DNA of 64,000 nt from positions 4,431,784 to 4,495,783 of the forward strand of contig JAUPSS010000004.1 of NCBI GenBank assembly GCA_040285825.1. The letters are read 5' to 3'. Made by a program: the position numbers and the translations under genes. The notes under the pieces were generated by a model. The model saw only the letters and a list, made by a program, of their open reading frames with translations, was not told where the DNA came from and searched no databases. This document shows positions 47,551 to 59,300 of this stretch, in pieces. Position 1 is the first letter of the stretch; each line of letters begins with the position of its first letter. Source of the stretch: Eukaryota sp. TZLM1-RC. Its lineage: Eukaryota; Protista; Metamonada: BaSk clade.

Positions 47551-47591
47551 CAAGTCAGGATTCCTGACTGTTATCCCATCTTCGCCCCATT

Positions 47592-50500
47592 ATGAACAAA
47601 CTCCTTATTTACCTTCTGCTTTTGGTGTCGTTTTCTGTTCAAGAAAATCTTCCTGAGACTATTGATTCATGTTTCACATTCGAAGATTATCCGCAATACA
47701 ACGTCCCTACAGATCAACACACCACGATCATTTTCGATTCACAGTGTCCATCACTGGTTCTACCTGAAGGTGTCACTTTATTAACGTCTGGCACTTTGCT
47801 CATCCAAAACCTTCAATTCAATGTTGAAGGTACCCTTTTCAATTCTGGTACTGTTGAACTTTCTTCATCTAATCTGACAACGTCTTCAGCTAGTGGCAAT
47901 GTGTTCTCAACCAATCATTTTCATGTTGATTTCAATTCTATTATCGATGTGAGTTTGGGTAAGGTGACCCTCAGCAATGATGATATCGAGGGACATATCT
48001 TAGTCTCTGGAGGTGAACTTTATCTAGAAAGTGAAATGGTGCTAAATCACACAATAACCATGACATCAGGTACTATTAATCTAAATGGAGGTCATATTAC
48101 TAGTGAGGAACAACCTACATTTGACCTTTTTTGTGAGGAGGGGTGCTTACTGGATATATCTGGTCAAGCCAGGGTTCCATCAGTGAGTTCTTCAGGAGCA
48201 CACATCAAGACCTCAAGTTATCCTGTCATTTCCAAATTTTTTTTGGCTGATTCCTCCACATTGATGTTGGAAAGTGGTAGGCTAACCATTGAAGATCAAC
48301 TTGAGGTCAATGATGCCTTTGTCACTTCCTTGTTCAGTGATGGAGAAATCGTTGTTGTCGAGGGGTCCTTCCAAGCTCAAGCAAGAATAAGTGATGTAGC
48401 TATTGCTGTTTATGGGACACTTGCTATTTCAAACGTGGTTACAATTTTCAATTCTACCATCTATGTAAGTCAATCTAGTGGTTTGTTTGTTTATGTTGAG
48501 GATTGTATAACTGAATTACTCCATGAAACAGTATTTATCAATAACGAGGGTTCGTTCACCATTGTCAGTGATTGTGAAGTTTTTGGTGGAAGTTTTGACT
48601 TGGTATCAGTTGGAGATTTCAGTATTATTAATTATGAAATAGATTCTTTTATTGGCACTTTCCTTCTTTCTACGAATTACCTAGTCGTGACGCAAGAAGC
48701 AGTTTCAGAGCACAATATTGTACTGTCTTCTGGAATTGTATACTTCGACGACTTGTATTTTGATCTCGCAGAATCAAGTTTAATTATTGATGGCTCTGCT
48801 TTGTTTTTACAAGGTGACTCTTTTATTGAGTATGTTGAATTGCTTTCTGGTAACATTACTGTCGAAGGTAACCGTGTCTCACTATTTGTATTAGAATTAG
48901 TCGGAAATGGAACTCTTTTTTTTAATGATTGCGAAGGATTTAACATTTTTGAAGATTCAGTTTTCCAATCTGGCGAGCTTATTTCAAACACTTTGACTGA
49001 GATTACTGTGTTTTCAGGTTTTGTTTTTAATCCATTAGATGCTACTTCTCTTTCTTTTACCAATATTTCACTTGACCTTCAAAATGTAGAATTGGTGATC
49101 CCTTTGTGCATGTCCATGGATAATTTGGTTTTTTCCATAGCAAGCAACTCAATCGTCAATATTACTGCTACTGATCTTTGTGGAGATCCTTTACTGGAAC
49201 AAGGAGGAACCATTCTTAATAGAGGAGTGGTTAACGTGTTGACAAGTTTAATCATTGAAGGTTCCTTTCTTAACCATGGAGATTTGATCATTCCAGCTAA
49301 CGTAGAATTTATTATTAAATCTGAATTTGTTTCAGTGAATTTTCAAGATTTTGATTTTATGGGGGTTTATTCCCGAGGTTCAATAATTGTAAATGATGAT
49401 ACCAGTAGAGTCTTTTTGGGAGGGGAACTAGAGCTTCTTGGTGAATTGATTAATAATGGTGAGGTTGTCTTTAAAGACGCAACTTTTATCACCAATTTTA
49501 CTGTTCCTGAAGGGGTCTACGTCTTTGAAAATTCTATTGATATTGAAGCTTGGTTGAGAATTTCCAACTTTGGACACTATTCTTTTTCCAAGGCAACAGT
49601 TCATTCTGAATATGATCATTATTTGGAAGTCGACTGTTCTGATTGCTTGGTTAAAGTTACAAAGTCTACAATTAATGATTTAGCATTGAAAAATGGTCAA
49701 GTTGAGATTGATTCTACAGACAATACTATTTCTTCCTTCACCTTAGATGATGGCCAGGTCACCCTAACTGAAGATTCTGTTTTAACAGTTGAAACATTAA
49801 CCTGGACTGCTGGTACTGTTCAAGGTGTTTCTAGTGCCAAACTGATTCTTTCTGATAATGGTTCAATTGCTGGTGATGCTGTTATGAATGACTTGACTAT
49901 TGAAATGTCTTCCAAGATTAATTTATCTCCTTGTCTCACTGCCCATACCTCCATTTTAAATGTTCAAGAAACAGGTGAATTGGAAGTTGCGTCAACTGAA
50001 TCCTGTTCTCATTTGCTTGATTTAACAATCAATAATAATGGTAAAGTCATATTTTCCACCAATGTTGATTCAAGTTCACAAAAAAGCTCCATCCAACTCC
50101 ATCACCTCATCAATAAAGGTTCATTTACCATTACTGATAACAGTGTAGTCACTATAACGGATTACGTTTACAGCAATCAGGGAATTTTCAACCAAGGTCT
50201 TTTGGTTTTGGGTGGCCACGGCTTGGTTGAACATAGTTGCTTGGGCAATTTTGTTAATTATGGCGAGTACTTGTTCAATGATGTCCTTTGTTTAAACAGC
50301 TCAGTACAGAATGATGGTGAGCTCACTGTAACCAATTCATCCACTTTGCTCTCAAACTGGGTCAATAAGGGTACTTTCACTATTGGTGAAGATACTATTT
50401 TGGTCATCTCTGGACCTTTTGAATCTACAGCGTCTTCTGTTATCCAAAATTATGGTGATTTTTCTATTGAGTCTGGCGATGTTTTTCTGTCGGGTCAATT

Positions 50501-51389
50501 GTATTCAAATTTCCCGATTACAACTATTAATTCTAATGTTGTTTTTAATGATTTAAATGCTCCTGTCACTGAAGTGTTTAACTCTCTCCCTTTTCCATCA
50601 TTTTTGGAGAATGGAGCTTCTTCTTTAAGAATTTCAAACTCTGAACTCAAAGAGCTTCATTTGTTCTCTGGTAATTTGGTACTAGGTGATGAGGATTCTA
50701 TTATTGATTTACTTTTATTTTATTCAACTCATATTATTCAACTAGATTCTGTTGTTACTTCCCTCAACTATACCGCCACGACAGATACTATTCTGAAAGG
50801 GGATGGTTTCATTTCAACCCCCCATGGCAATTTTTTCAAAGGCAAAACCGAATGCAAATGGGGCTTCTTTGGTTTTGATTGCCTTGGTACTTGTTCAGAC
50901 TTCATTAATTGTGATGAATGTACCACCAATGAGGCTTGTGGGTGGATTCTCGAGGATAAGAGTTCTATCGATGATGGCGAATGTGTGGTGGTAATAGATG
51001 ATCAACCAAAGGTTGATTTCAATTATCTTTTAATTGAAACTTGTTCTTTTGATCCTCTTGATAATGAAGGTGGTTCAATGTTGCTGCTTATTATCATTGG
51101 AATTCTTTTATTAGGATCTGTTGTAGTTTTCGTTGTTTTAAAGAAATTAAGAACAAAACCTTTGGATCTTGATTTCACCATCGAGTTAGACCGTATTATC
51201 CACAAACCAACTCTAAGTTCCTATACAGAACCAACTGTGTCAGAAGTGGATGAATGGGTCATTGAATCAGAATTGATGAAGGATTTCGACTTTGATGTTT
51301 ATCAGATGGAACTTGACCATCAGGATGAAGATGATTCTGATGAAGCAGTTCATTATTCTGATGATGATTTTGTTGTTTCCCTCAATTGA
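47592..51389 (+). CDS. Type-I membrane surface protein (beta-helix-like ectodomain, EGF-like + PSI-like module, TM, acidic tail), 1265 aa
   Basis: Signal peptide, beta-rich N/G repeats, CKWGFFGFDC, CDECTTNEACGW, TM LLLIIIGILLLGSVVVFVVL. Confidence 0.85.
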   Translation: MNKLLIYLLLLVSFSVQENLPETIDSCFTFEDYPQYNVPTDQHTTIIFDSQCPSLVLPEGVTLLTSGTLLIQNLQFNVEGTLFNSGTVELSSSNLTTSSASGNVFSTNHFHVDFNSIIDVSLGKVTLSNDDIEGHILVSGGELYLESEMVLNHTITMTSGTINLNGGHITSEEQPTFDLFCEEGCLLDISGQARVPSVSSSGAHIKTSSYPVISKFFLADSSTLMLESGRLTIEDQLEVNDAFVTSLFSDGEIVVVEGSFQAQARISDVAIAVYGTLAISNVVTIFNSTIYVSQSSGLFVYVEDCITELLHETVFINNEGSFTIVSDCEVFGGSFDLVSVGDFSIINYEIDSFIGTFLLSTNYLVVTQEAVSEHNIVLSSGIVYFDDLYFDLAESSLIIDGSALFLQGDSFIEYVELLSGNITVEGNRVSLFVLELVGNGTLFFNDCEGFNIFEDSVFQSGELISNTLTEITVFSGFVFNPLDATSLSFTNISLDLQNVELVIPLCMSMDNLVFSIASNSIVNITATDLCGDPLLEQGGTILNRGVVNVLTSLIIEGSFLNHGDLIIPANVEFIIKSEFVSVNFQDFDFMGVYSRGSIIVNDDTSRVFLGGELELLGELINNGEVVFKDATFITNFTVPEGVYVFENSIDIEAWLRISNFGHYSFSKATVHSEYDHYLEVDCSDCLVKVTKSTINDLALKNGQVEIDSTDNTISSFTLDDGQVTLTEDSVLTVETLTWTAGTVQGVSSAKLILSDNGSIAGDAVMNDLTIEMSSKINLSPCLTAHTSILNVQETGELEVASTESCSHLLDLTINNNGKVIFSTNVDSSSQKSSIQLHHLINKGSFTITDNSVVTITDYVYSNQGIFNQGLLVLGGHGLVEHSCLGNFVNYGEYLFNDVLCLNSSVQNDGELTVTNSSTLLSNWVNKGTFTIGEDTILVISGPFESTASSVIQNYGDFSIESGDVFLSGQLYSNFPITTINSNVVFNDLNAPVTEVFNSLPFPSFLENGASSLRISNSELKELHLFSGNLVLGDEDSIIDLLLFYSTHIIQLDSVVTSLNYTATTDTILKGDGFISTPHGNFFKGKTECKWGFFGFDCLGTCSDFINCDECTTNEACGWILEDKSSIDDGECVVVIDDQPKVDFNYLLIETCSFDPLDNEGGSMLLLIIIGILLLGSVVVFVVLKKLRTKPLDLDFTIELDRIIHKPTLSSYTEPTVSEVDEWVIESELMKDFDFDVYQMELDHQDEDDSDEAVHYSDDDFVVSLN

Positions 51390-52104
51390 AATGTTTTTAG
51401 AAAGCTTTTCTTGTAAATTTTGTATAGTAGTTCATTTAGTTTTTACTCCTCTCAACACCTCTTTTACCATCATTATTTACGTACAGAAACCACCAGCAAA
51501 TAAGCCATACCCTTGGAGCAAAGAGTCAACTCAGGGATGAAAGGAATTGTATAAACTTTTGGTTACCCAAGAATCAGACAGAATTGAACCTGTAAGTTAC
51601 ATCTTATAGTGATTCATCAATTATCAATACAATTCATCACCTTTTGTAAATTCATCCTCCAGTTTTTCAAAAAATTCGTGGATTACCATAAAATTTATGG
51701 CATCTGCTTTGTTGATTACTGGAACTATTGTTATTTGATTTTTAACTCTTGATCAATTGAACTATTGGTGAGCTGGATCACAGCAATGGTTCAATACAAT
51801 TCAGGAAAGTGTTTATCATCAATACTGTTAAGAATCGCAAAATTTATTTAATAAATAAAATTTATATTATATAAAATTGAAAACTTACAACTTACTTAGG
51901 ATTACACTTATTGATAAATGAAACTGAATATTGTGGAAGGCAACTTTTTCACAATTAAAGTTGTGTACTACAGAAAATGAGTTTATGGTAGACCTAGACT
52001 ATGAACCAGGAAGTTTCTCAAAATTATTTTAAATTGTATTTTTTTCAGAATACAAGTTGATAAAATCAATAAAAATAAAATAAAAATAATATTTTGTTTA
52101 AATT

Positions 52105-54700
52105 CTAGATATTTATTGAATTTGCACACTTAATTAAATTAACTCATAACTAATGAGACGACTATCATTGAACCAAGATTTCCTCTACAAAATCTTGATC
52201 TGCTTGCTGTATAGCAAAAGCTTCTCTTATTCGATTGAAAAACCGAGGTAATCTATTAATAATGGCAAATTGAATCCGTGAACGCCATAAAAATATATCA
52301 AATCTTTTCATTGTTTTTTCTTGCACCATTTTTTGGAAGTCATTCAAAAAAGTTTCTGCTTCAACTGATAATCTTCCATTTATCGAAAATGGGAAAGCAA
52401 TAAAAACCAGCTGTGTATTTCTAGCGACATTAGCCTCTTCAATATCTTTATCATATTTTCTATGTTTCTCTTTTGCTTTAAACTCCAGAGCAGCCACAGG
52501 ATTAAGTTTTCTTCTGTGAACCAAAGTACCATTTGCAACATTACATGAGACAAAGTCAACAATAGCTTCAGAATTATCAATCCAATCACAGTATACATCA
52601 CCTCTATCATCAGAACCAAAATTATTCAGAGAAAGTGCTTCCTTCAGCAGAGGCTCTTTGATACACGATATTCTTGCAGTTTGTGCCATATTGAAAACAG
52701 TGTCTCTAACAGCATCATGTAATGAAGAACGATAAGTTATCAATTTAGAACAATTCAGAGCATGGCGCAAAGTGAGTTGAGGTGAATTCGAACAAATACA
52801 TTTTTCTTTTGATAATAATTGATTAATGGGGATATTCGAATATAATCTCATTTTTGTTACAAATGCTTCATTAGTGGCACACAATCCAAATCTTCGTGGT
52901 ACAATGGTTACAAAAGTGAAGAATCTGATGACTTGCTTTCACAAACACCCTTTTCCAATAACAATGAGTGAAGATCTTGATTTAAAACAGCCGAGCTGCA
53001 TATATTATTATAAAGATCACTTTCATACATTCCAGTCAATCGTTTCTGTAATGTTCGAAGAGTGTACTTCAAATTTAAAACATTCTTTTCTGGAATATTG
53101 CCATTGAATGATTGGGGAAAGCATCCACCCCATTTTCCTGCATCAATTTTTGAAATCTCTTCATTTAATGCAAAAACAGTGGAACTTTTCGTTGTCATCA
53201 ATAAATCTTCCCAATCTGCATAACTTTCGGAAAACTCAAAGATTGCATTTCTGCATCCACCAACAAAATCACACGAGGTAAGAATAGAAGCCTTCGTCCA
53301 ACCTAAAATCGCCATAATGTGGACTAAGATAAGCATGGTCTGGAATTTGGAACATCTTACATCCCAGTAATTGCGACAGAACTTTTACACGTAAGTCATT
53401 AAACTTCTGAGCCAAAGGCCTAGTGACATGAGGATTTGTAGATCGAAATATATGATTGAAGTTGGAACTAAAACACAGTCTTATAGAGGTAAATTTGATG
53501 TGTCATTGTATATCTAAATTCATCATTCGGTCATTTTGTCAGAAATTGAGTTCAACTTTTCAAACAATTTTTTGGTAATTTCATCATTATTTCCTAAAAA
53601 CGAACCCAAATGACGAATAGCATCAATTGAATATAATATGGCTTGAATTTCAATATCATCAACTATTGTGGAAACTGGAGAATTCGATAACAAATCACAT
53701 TTAAGTAAATTAAGTCGGAGACCAATTTTGGTAAATAATTCTTTAAAACATACAGTTGCTTGTTTCACAATATTTAAATCACCAATAAGAACAACATCAT
53801 CCATATATGCAATCATTTTTAGCGAAGGAAACATCTCTTGAATTTGCAATAAAATAGGATGAATGGCCAAACAAAACAAAAGAGGTCCTAACGGATCTCC
53901 TTGCTTTACACCACTTGATGAACTCAAAATGGAATTACCAAAATGTAAATTAGAATATGTGCAATATGTTGATGGAAAATACGGTATTAATTCCGGCATA
54001 TATTGCAATAGAGCACCATGTATTCTGCGACGACTTAGTGATTTGAAAGCATTACTAAAATCCAATGACATACAAACATTAAATTCATTTTGGCGAAATA
54101 AAACATCAGTAGCAAATATCGCTAAAGAGACTCCATCTGTGGTATTAGTACCATATTGAAAGGGTAATAAAATTTTTTTGCTTTTTCATTGAACCTGCTT
54201 AAGCAACAAGCAGAAAAAAATTTTGTAAGCTCTCAGAGACTGCAATAGGACGAACATCCATTTTTGAATTTTTGACAAGTGCAGTCAAACGAGAACTTCT
54301 TAATTCTTCTGGATATTTGAGTTGACCAGTCAATACTCTGTTGAAGAATTTGGTTAATAAAACAAGACAATCCTCTGAAGAAATAATTGCGGCTTTTACA
54401 TGATCAATAGAAATACCAGAAAGTCCGGCAGGCTTACCGCGTGGTCTCTTTTTTATCACCGAAAATACTTCTGATACCATCAATGGATAATGTTCCCAGT
54501 AAGTTCCGTAAAAATTTTGATCCATTATAGGGTCTTCCAAAGGATGAAGTATTTTTAGTTTATCTATTGTATTTTGATTGTTGGGCGTTTTAACTCCGGG
54601 ATCTAAAGCTGACAAAGCCCTAGACCATTTGTTGTCAAAGCATTTGTCTTCAAAAAATTTACTTAATTTCTGAGATGACTGTTTTCTCGGTGCCTCTTTA
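52105..54700 (-). mobile_element. Decayed CRE-like non-LTR retrotransposon, family B
   Basis: VRPIAVSE, LDFSNAF, GVKQGDPLGP, YMDD, HDAVRD, RGDVY, KHRKY; frameshifts. Confidence 0.87.
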
Positions 54701-56352
54701 GTTAAATCTTCGGAATTATTTGTTTAAATCTATTTAATTTTGTTTTTTCATTTTTCTGCTGCATGAACAAATGAATGGTAGATAATAGTTTATCGATGGG
54801 AAGTAAAAGAAAGTACCAATTACTACTACAGTTCTTTAGATATCGCCAATAGTAAGATGAAACAGTAAGCGTGTTAACTTTCTTGGATGTAAAGTTAGAT
54901 GTACATTGATTTAGGGAAAATTTTTGGAAAGTGTGGTTGTGGTTGTGGTTGTGTGATGTCCCGATCTTTTGCTCATATAGATATGAAGGATAAAGAAATT
55001 CTATATTTTATTTATTTTTGAAACTGCCTGCTATAAACCCAAATAAGTGTCAGTAAAATTGCTGAAAGTTTTGAGTATGAAGTAGAGAACTTTGCTTTCC
55101 TTTAACAACAGAATAATTTACAGAGACTCCATAGAATAGAACTCCAGATTTATTTCATTATCTTCCTTCTTGAAACATTGGCTGTCATTTCACTATGTTA
55201 TTGAATAGAGGTCATTCCAAAACTTCACTAGGTAATGTTATATGAAAATGATTTTTCATATTTGATGATGCTTGACACACTTTTTGATTTCGTCAGTTTA
55301 CATTCAAATTTCAATGTTTCCTTGAAGTAGTTATGATTTCTTGCGACACACAATAATATGTTTGGATAATAGTCTTTTTAGGTTTGAGGTCCAATTAAGA
55401 AACTTTTTCAAAATTAAACCAATCGACAAACACATAATTTTCAAAAATGTATGTTGACAGGATCTGTCATTTACGGTGAACAAACAAATGAGTGGATCAT
55501 TCAGACATCCAGTGATTTTGCTATCTGGCAGAGTTTATTATTGGTGGAAAGTAGGCTTAAGGCAAAGATTATTATTGTAGTCGTAAGTTCGAAAATTGCA
55601 ATGAAGCATCAAGAAGCTGAAAACGAAGAATCGTTGCTGAAATGTCCATCAAGGGACCATCAATTGCTCCTATTCAAATTTCTTGAAATCTATGGATATG
55701 GATTGAAGATTATTTTCACAGTTTGTTATAGATTAACGATCTTATTACGTTTGTGCCTTAATACTGCTGTTCAATGAAATAATGATTGAATAATAATGTC
55801 GTTGTAGAAAAGCTGACGTAATTGATGCTGATTTCGAAAAGGAACTAGAACTTTTAAACCATCAAAGAACAGTGTTTGTAGATAGATTCTAATATTAGTC
55901 AAAAATGCATTTATTTAGATCATCATTTTTACCATCAAGGTCCAAACCAGCAAAAGTATTTAATTTTAATTGTACCAGACCTATTGTCAATAATGACAAT
56001 TTGTATTGACAATGGTGTGGACTATATACTTAACAAGAACATAACTATAACAACAAGTCGAAAACAAAATGACCATTCAACACGAATACTGACAAAGTTG
56101 AGGCTTTTTTTATTAAAAGGATTTTGACACTGATGATTAATTATTTCAGTCTATAGTTGTTGAGAAACAATTTTCCAAAACTAATACCTAATAGGTGTAC
56201 GTCCATTTTTGATCATGACAATATAGAGTTAGTTTCCTGAGTAATTGCTGTCATTCTATACCTGTGTTTTCAAATAACAACTCACTATATATCAAATTGT
56301 AAATAATCAAAGATCCTTCAAACTGATTTTTATTAGACAACAAAAAACTGGT

Positions 56353-59300
56353 TTAATCAACAGAAAGAGAAGTTTCTTCTTTTGTATCTTCTTCCCCAGA
56401 GGTGTGCTCTGTGTCATGAAGTTCTTTTTCTGAAGAACTTAATTTTTCTCGATCCGACACTACACGATCCTCAACATCATCTATAATAACCTCAATAGCA
56501 GACTTTTTGTCTTCTTCCTGATCAGAAACAATGGAATCACCTGACACATGGATTTCTATTTCGTGCTCACTAGCAACTGGGTGAATGGAAACATCGTTGA
56601 GTTCAACAGGATCAATAGTCCGCAAATGGACTCTTGGAATATATTTGGACTCTTCCTTGCCAAAGAGCCGCATAGTGAAATAAAGCGCTAAAGAAATTAA
56701 AATAATAGTGATTAAAATTCCAGCTAATGGGTAATTCGTAGTTTCTTCATTATCAAGAGGATCAAAAGAACAAGTTTCAATTAAAAGGTAGTTGTAATCA
56801 ACCTTTGGTTCACCATCTATTACCACCACACATTCGCCATCATCGATAGAACTCTTATCCTCGAGAATCCACCCACAAGCCTCATTGGTGGTACATTCAT
56901 CACAATTAATGAAGTCTGAACAAGTACCAAGGCAATCAAAACCAAAGAAGCCCCATTTGCATTCGGTTTTGTCTTTAGAATGATCTCCTCTTGGAGTTGA
57001 AATTACTCCCTCACCTTCAATTGATGATCCAGGAGCAGGAATAAATGTATCTACCGAGACTGCTACATCAACAACAATTGGAGAAGAAGTTGAGCTAATG
57101 AGGGTATTAATTGTAGAAGGATCATTCACAAATCTAACGTTGCCTTCCATAATGCGTAAGGTTTCCACATAAACACCCCTGAACTGAGTGTATTCAGTTT
57201 CAACAGAAGTAAAAGCAGGTCCAAATTCCTTATAATTGATATCTACAGCGTGAATTGAAGTGTTGCCGAAAACCACATTTCCACCTGTGATTTCAATTGT
57301 TTCTTGACTAAATAGATCTCCATAAATGTCAGTTCTTCCAGAATTTATTTTCAGAACGCATTCAAGGCTCCAGGCTTGAGGAACTTGGAAAACACCATAA
57401 TTGATAAATTCAGTTAAGTTGAAATGGGTACCAACATTGACTTTACCATTATTATTGATTGTTAAATCAAGCAAATGAGAACAGGATTCAGATGATGAAA
57501 CTTCCAATTCACCAGTTTCTTGAACATTTAAAATGGAGGTATGGGCAGTGAGACAAGGAGATAAATTAATCTTGGAAGACATTTCAATAGTCAAGTCATT
57601 CATAACAGCATCACCAGCAATTGAACCATTATCAAAAATAATAAGTTTGGCACTAGAAACACCTTGAATGGTACCAGCAGTCCAGGTTAATGCTTCAACT
57701 GTTAAAATAGAATCTTCAGTGAAGGTGACCTTGCCATCATCTAAGGCGAAGGAAGAAATAGTATTGTCTGTAGAATCAATCTCAGCTTGACCATTTTTCA
57801 ATGCTAAATCATTAATTGTAGACTTTGTAACTTTGACCAAGCAATCAGAACAGTCGACTTTGAAAGAACCATCAGCATCAGTTGCAACAGTAGCATGATA
57901 CACCTCTACATTACCATTGGAAGAAATTGTAATACCTTGATGGTTGATATGTTCAGTAAAAACAAAAGAACCTGTTTCTAAAACTAAATCTTCACCAATA
58001 GAAAGGTCTTCAAAAGTTAAAATACCAGTGGTTTTAATTGTTCCATTAGCTTCCAAATTTGCGGTAATTCTACTACTGTCAGAACTGGTTTCTAATGTAC
58101 CTAGAACATTCAAAGTATCTGTTGATTCAAGATTAGCGACTTCCAAGTAACCAGCCTCTGAAACAGTGAATGTGTTACCATTGGCTACATCAGCTACGTT
58201 GAAATGGGTATCAACATTGACTTTACCATTATTATTGATTGTTAAATCAAGCAAATGAGAACAGGATTCACTTGATGGAACTTCCAATTCACCTGTTTCT
58301 TGAACATTTAAAATGGAGGTATGGGCAGTGAGACAAGGAGATAAATTAATCTTGGAAGAAATTTCAATAGTCAAGTCATTCATAACAGCATCACCAGCAA
58401 TTGAACCATTATTAGAAAGAACAAGTTTGCCACTAGAACCACCTTCAATAGTACCAGCAGTCCAGGTTAATGTTTCAACTGTTAAGATAGAATCTTCAGT
58501 TAGGGTGACCTTGCCATCATCTAAGGTGAGAGAAGAAATAGTATTGTCTGTAGAATCAATCTCAACTTGACCATTTTCTAAGAACAAGCTATTAATTGTA
58601 GACTTTGTAACTTTAACTAAGCAATCAGAACAGTCGACTTTGAGAGGACTAGTAGCATCAGTGGCAACAGTAGCATGATACACCTCCACATTACCATTGG
58701 AAGAAATTGTAATGCCATGATGGTTGATATGTTCAGTAAAAACAAAAGAACCTGTTTCTAAAACTAAAGTTTCATCAATTGAAAGGTCTTCAAAAGTTAA
58801 AATACCAGTGGTTTTAATTGTTCCACTAGCTTCCAAATTTGCGGTAATTCTACTACTGTCAGAACTGGTTTCTAATGTACCTAGAACATTCAAAGTATCT
58901 GTTGATTCAAGATTAGCGACTTCCAAGTAGCCATTCTTCGAAACAGTGAATGTGTTAGCATTAGCTACATCAGCTACGTTGAAATGGGTATCAACATTGA
59001 CTTTACCATTATTATTGATTGTTAAATCAAGAAAATGAGAACAGGATTCAGTTGATGGAACTTCCAATTCACCTGTTTCTTGAACATTTAAAATGGAGGT
59101 ATGGGCAGTGAGACAAGGAGATAAATTAATCTTGGCAGACAATTCAATGGTCAAGTCATTCATAACAGCATCACCAGCAATTGAACCATTATTAGAAAGA
59201 ACAAGTTTGGCACTAGAAACACCTTGAACAGTACCAGCAGTCCAGGTTAATGTTTCAACTGTTAAAACAGAATCTTCAGTTAGGGTGACTTTGCCATCAT

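Noticed and set aside
45863-47567. Repeated 66-aa ORFs (MHYILKDTL...)
   Set aside because: TTG starts within the duplicated upstream region and no recognisable motif; likely non-coding.
54930-54955. (TGGTTG)n as an interstitial telomeric repeat
   Set aside because: Only about three copies; most simply a microsatellite.
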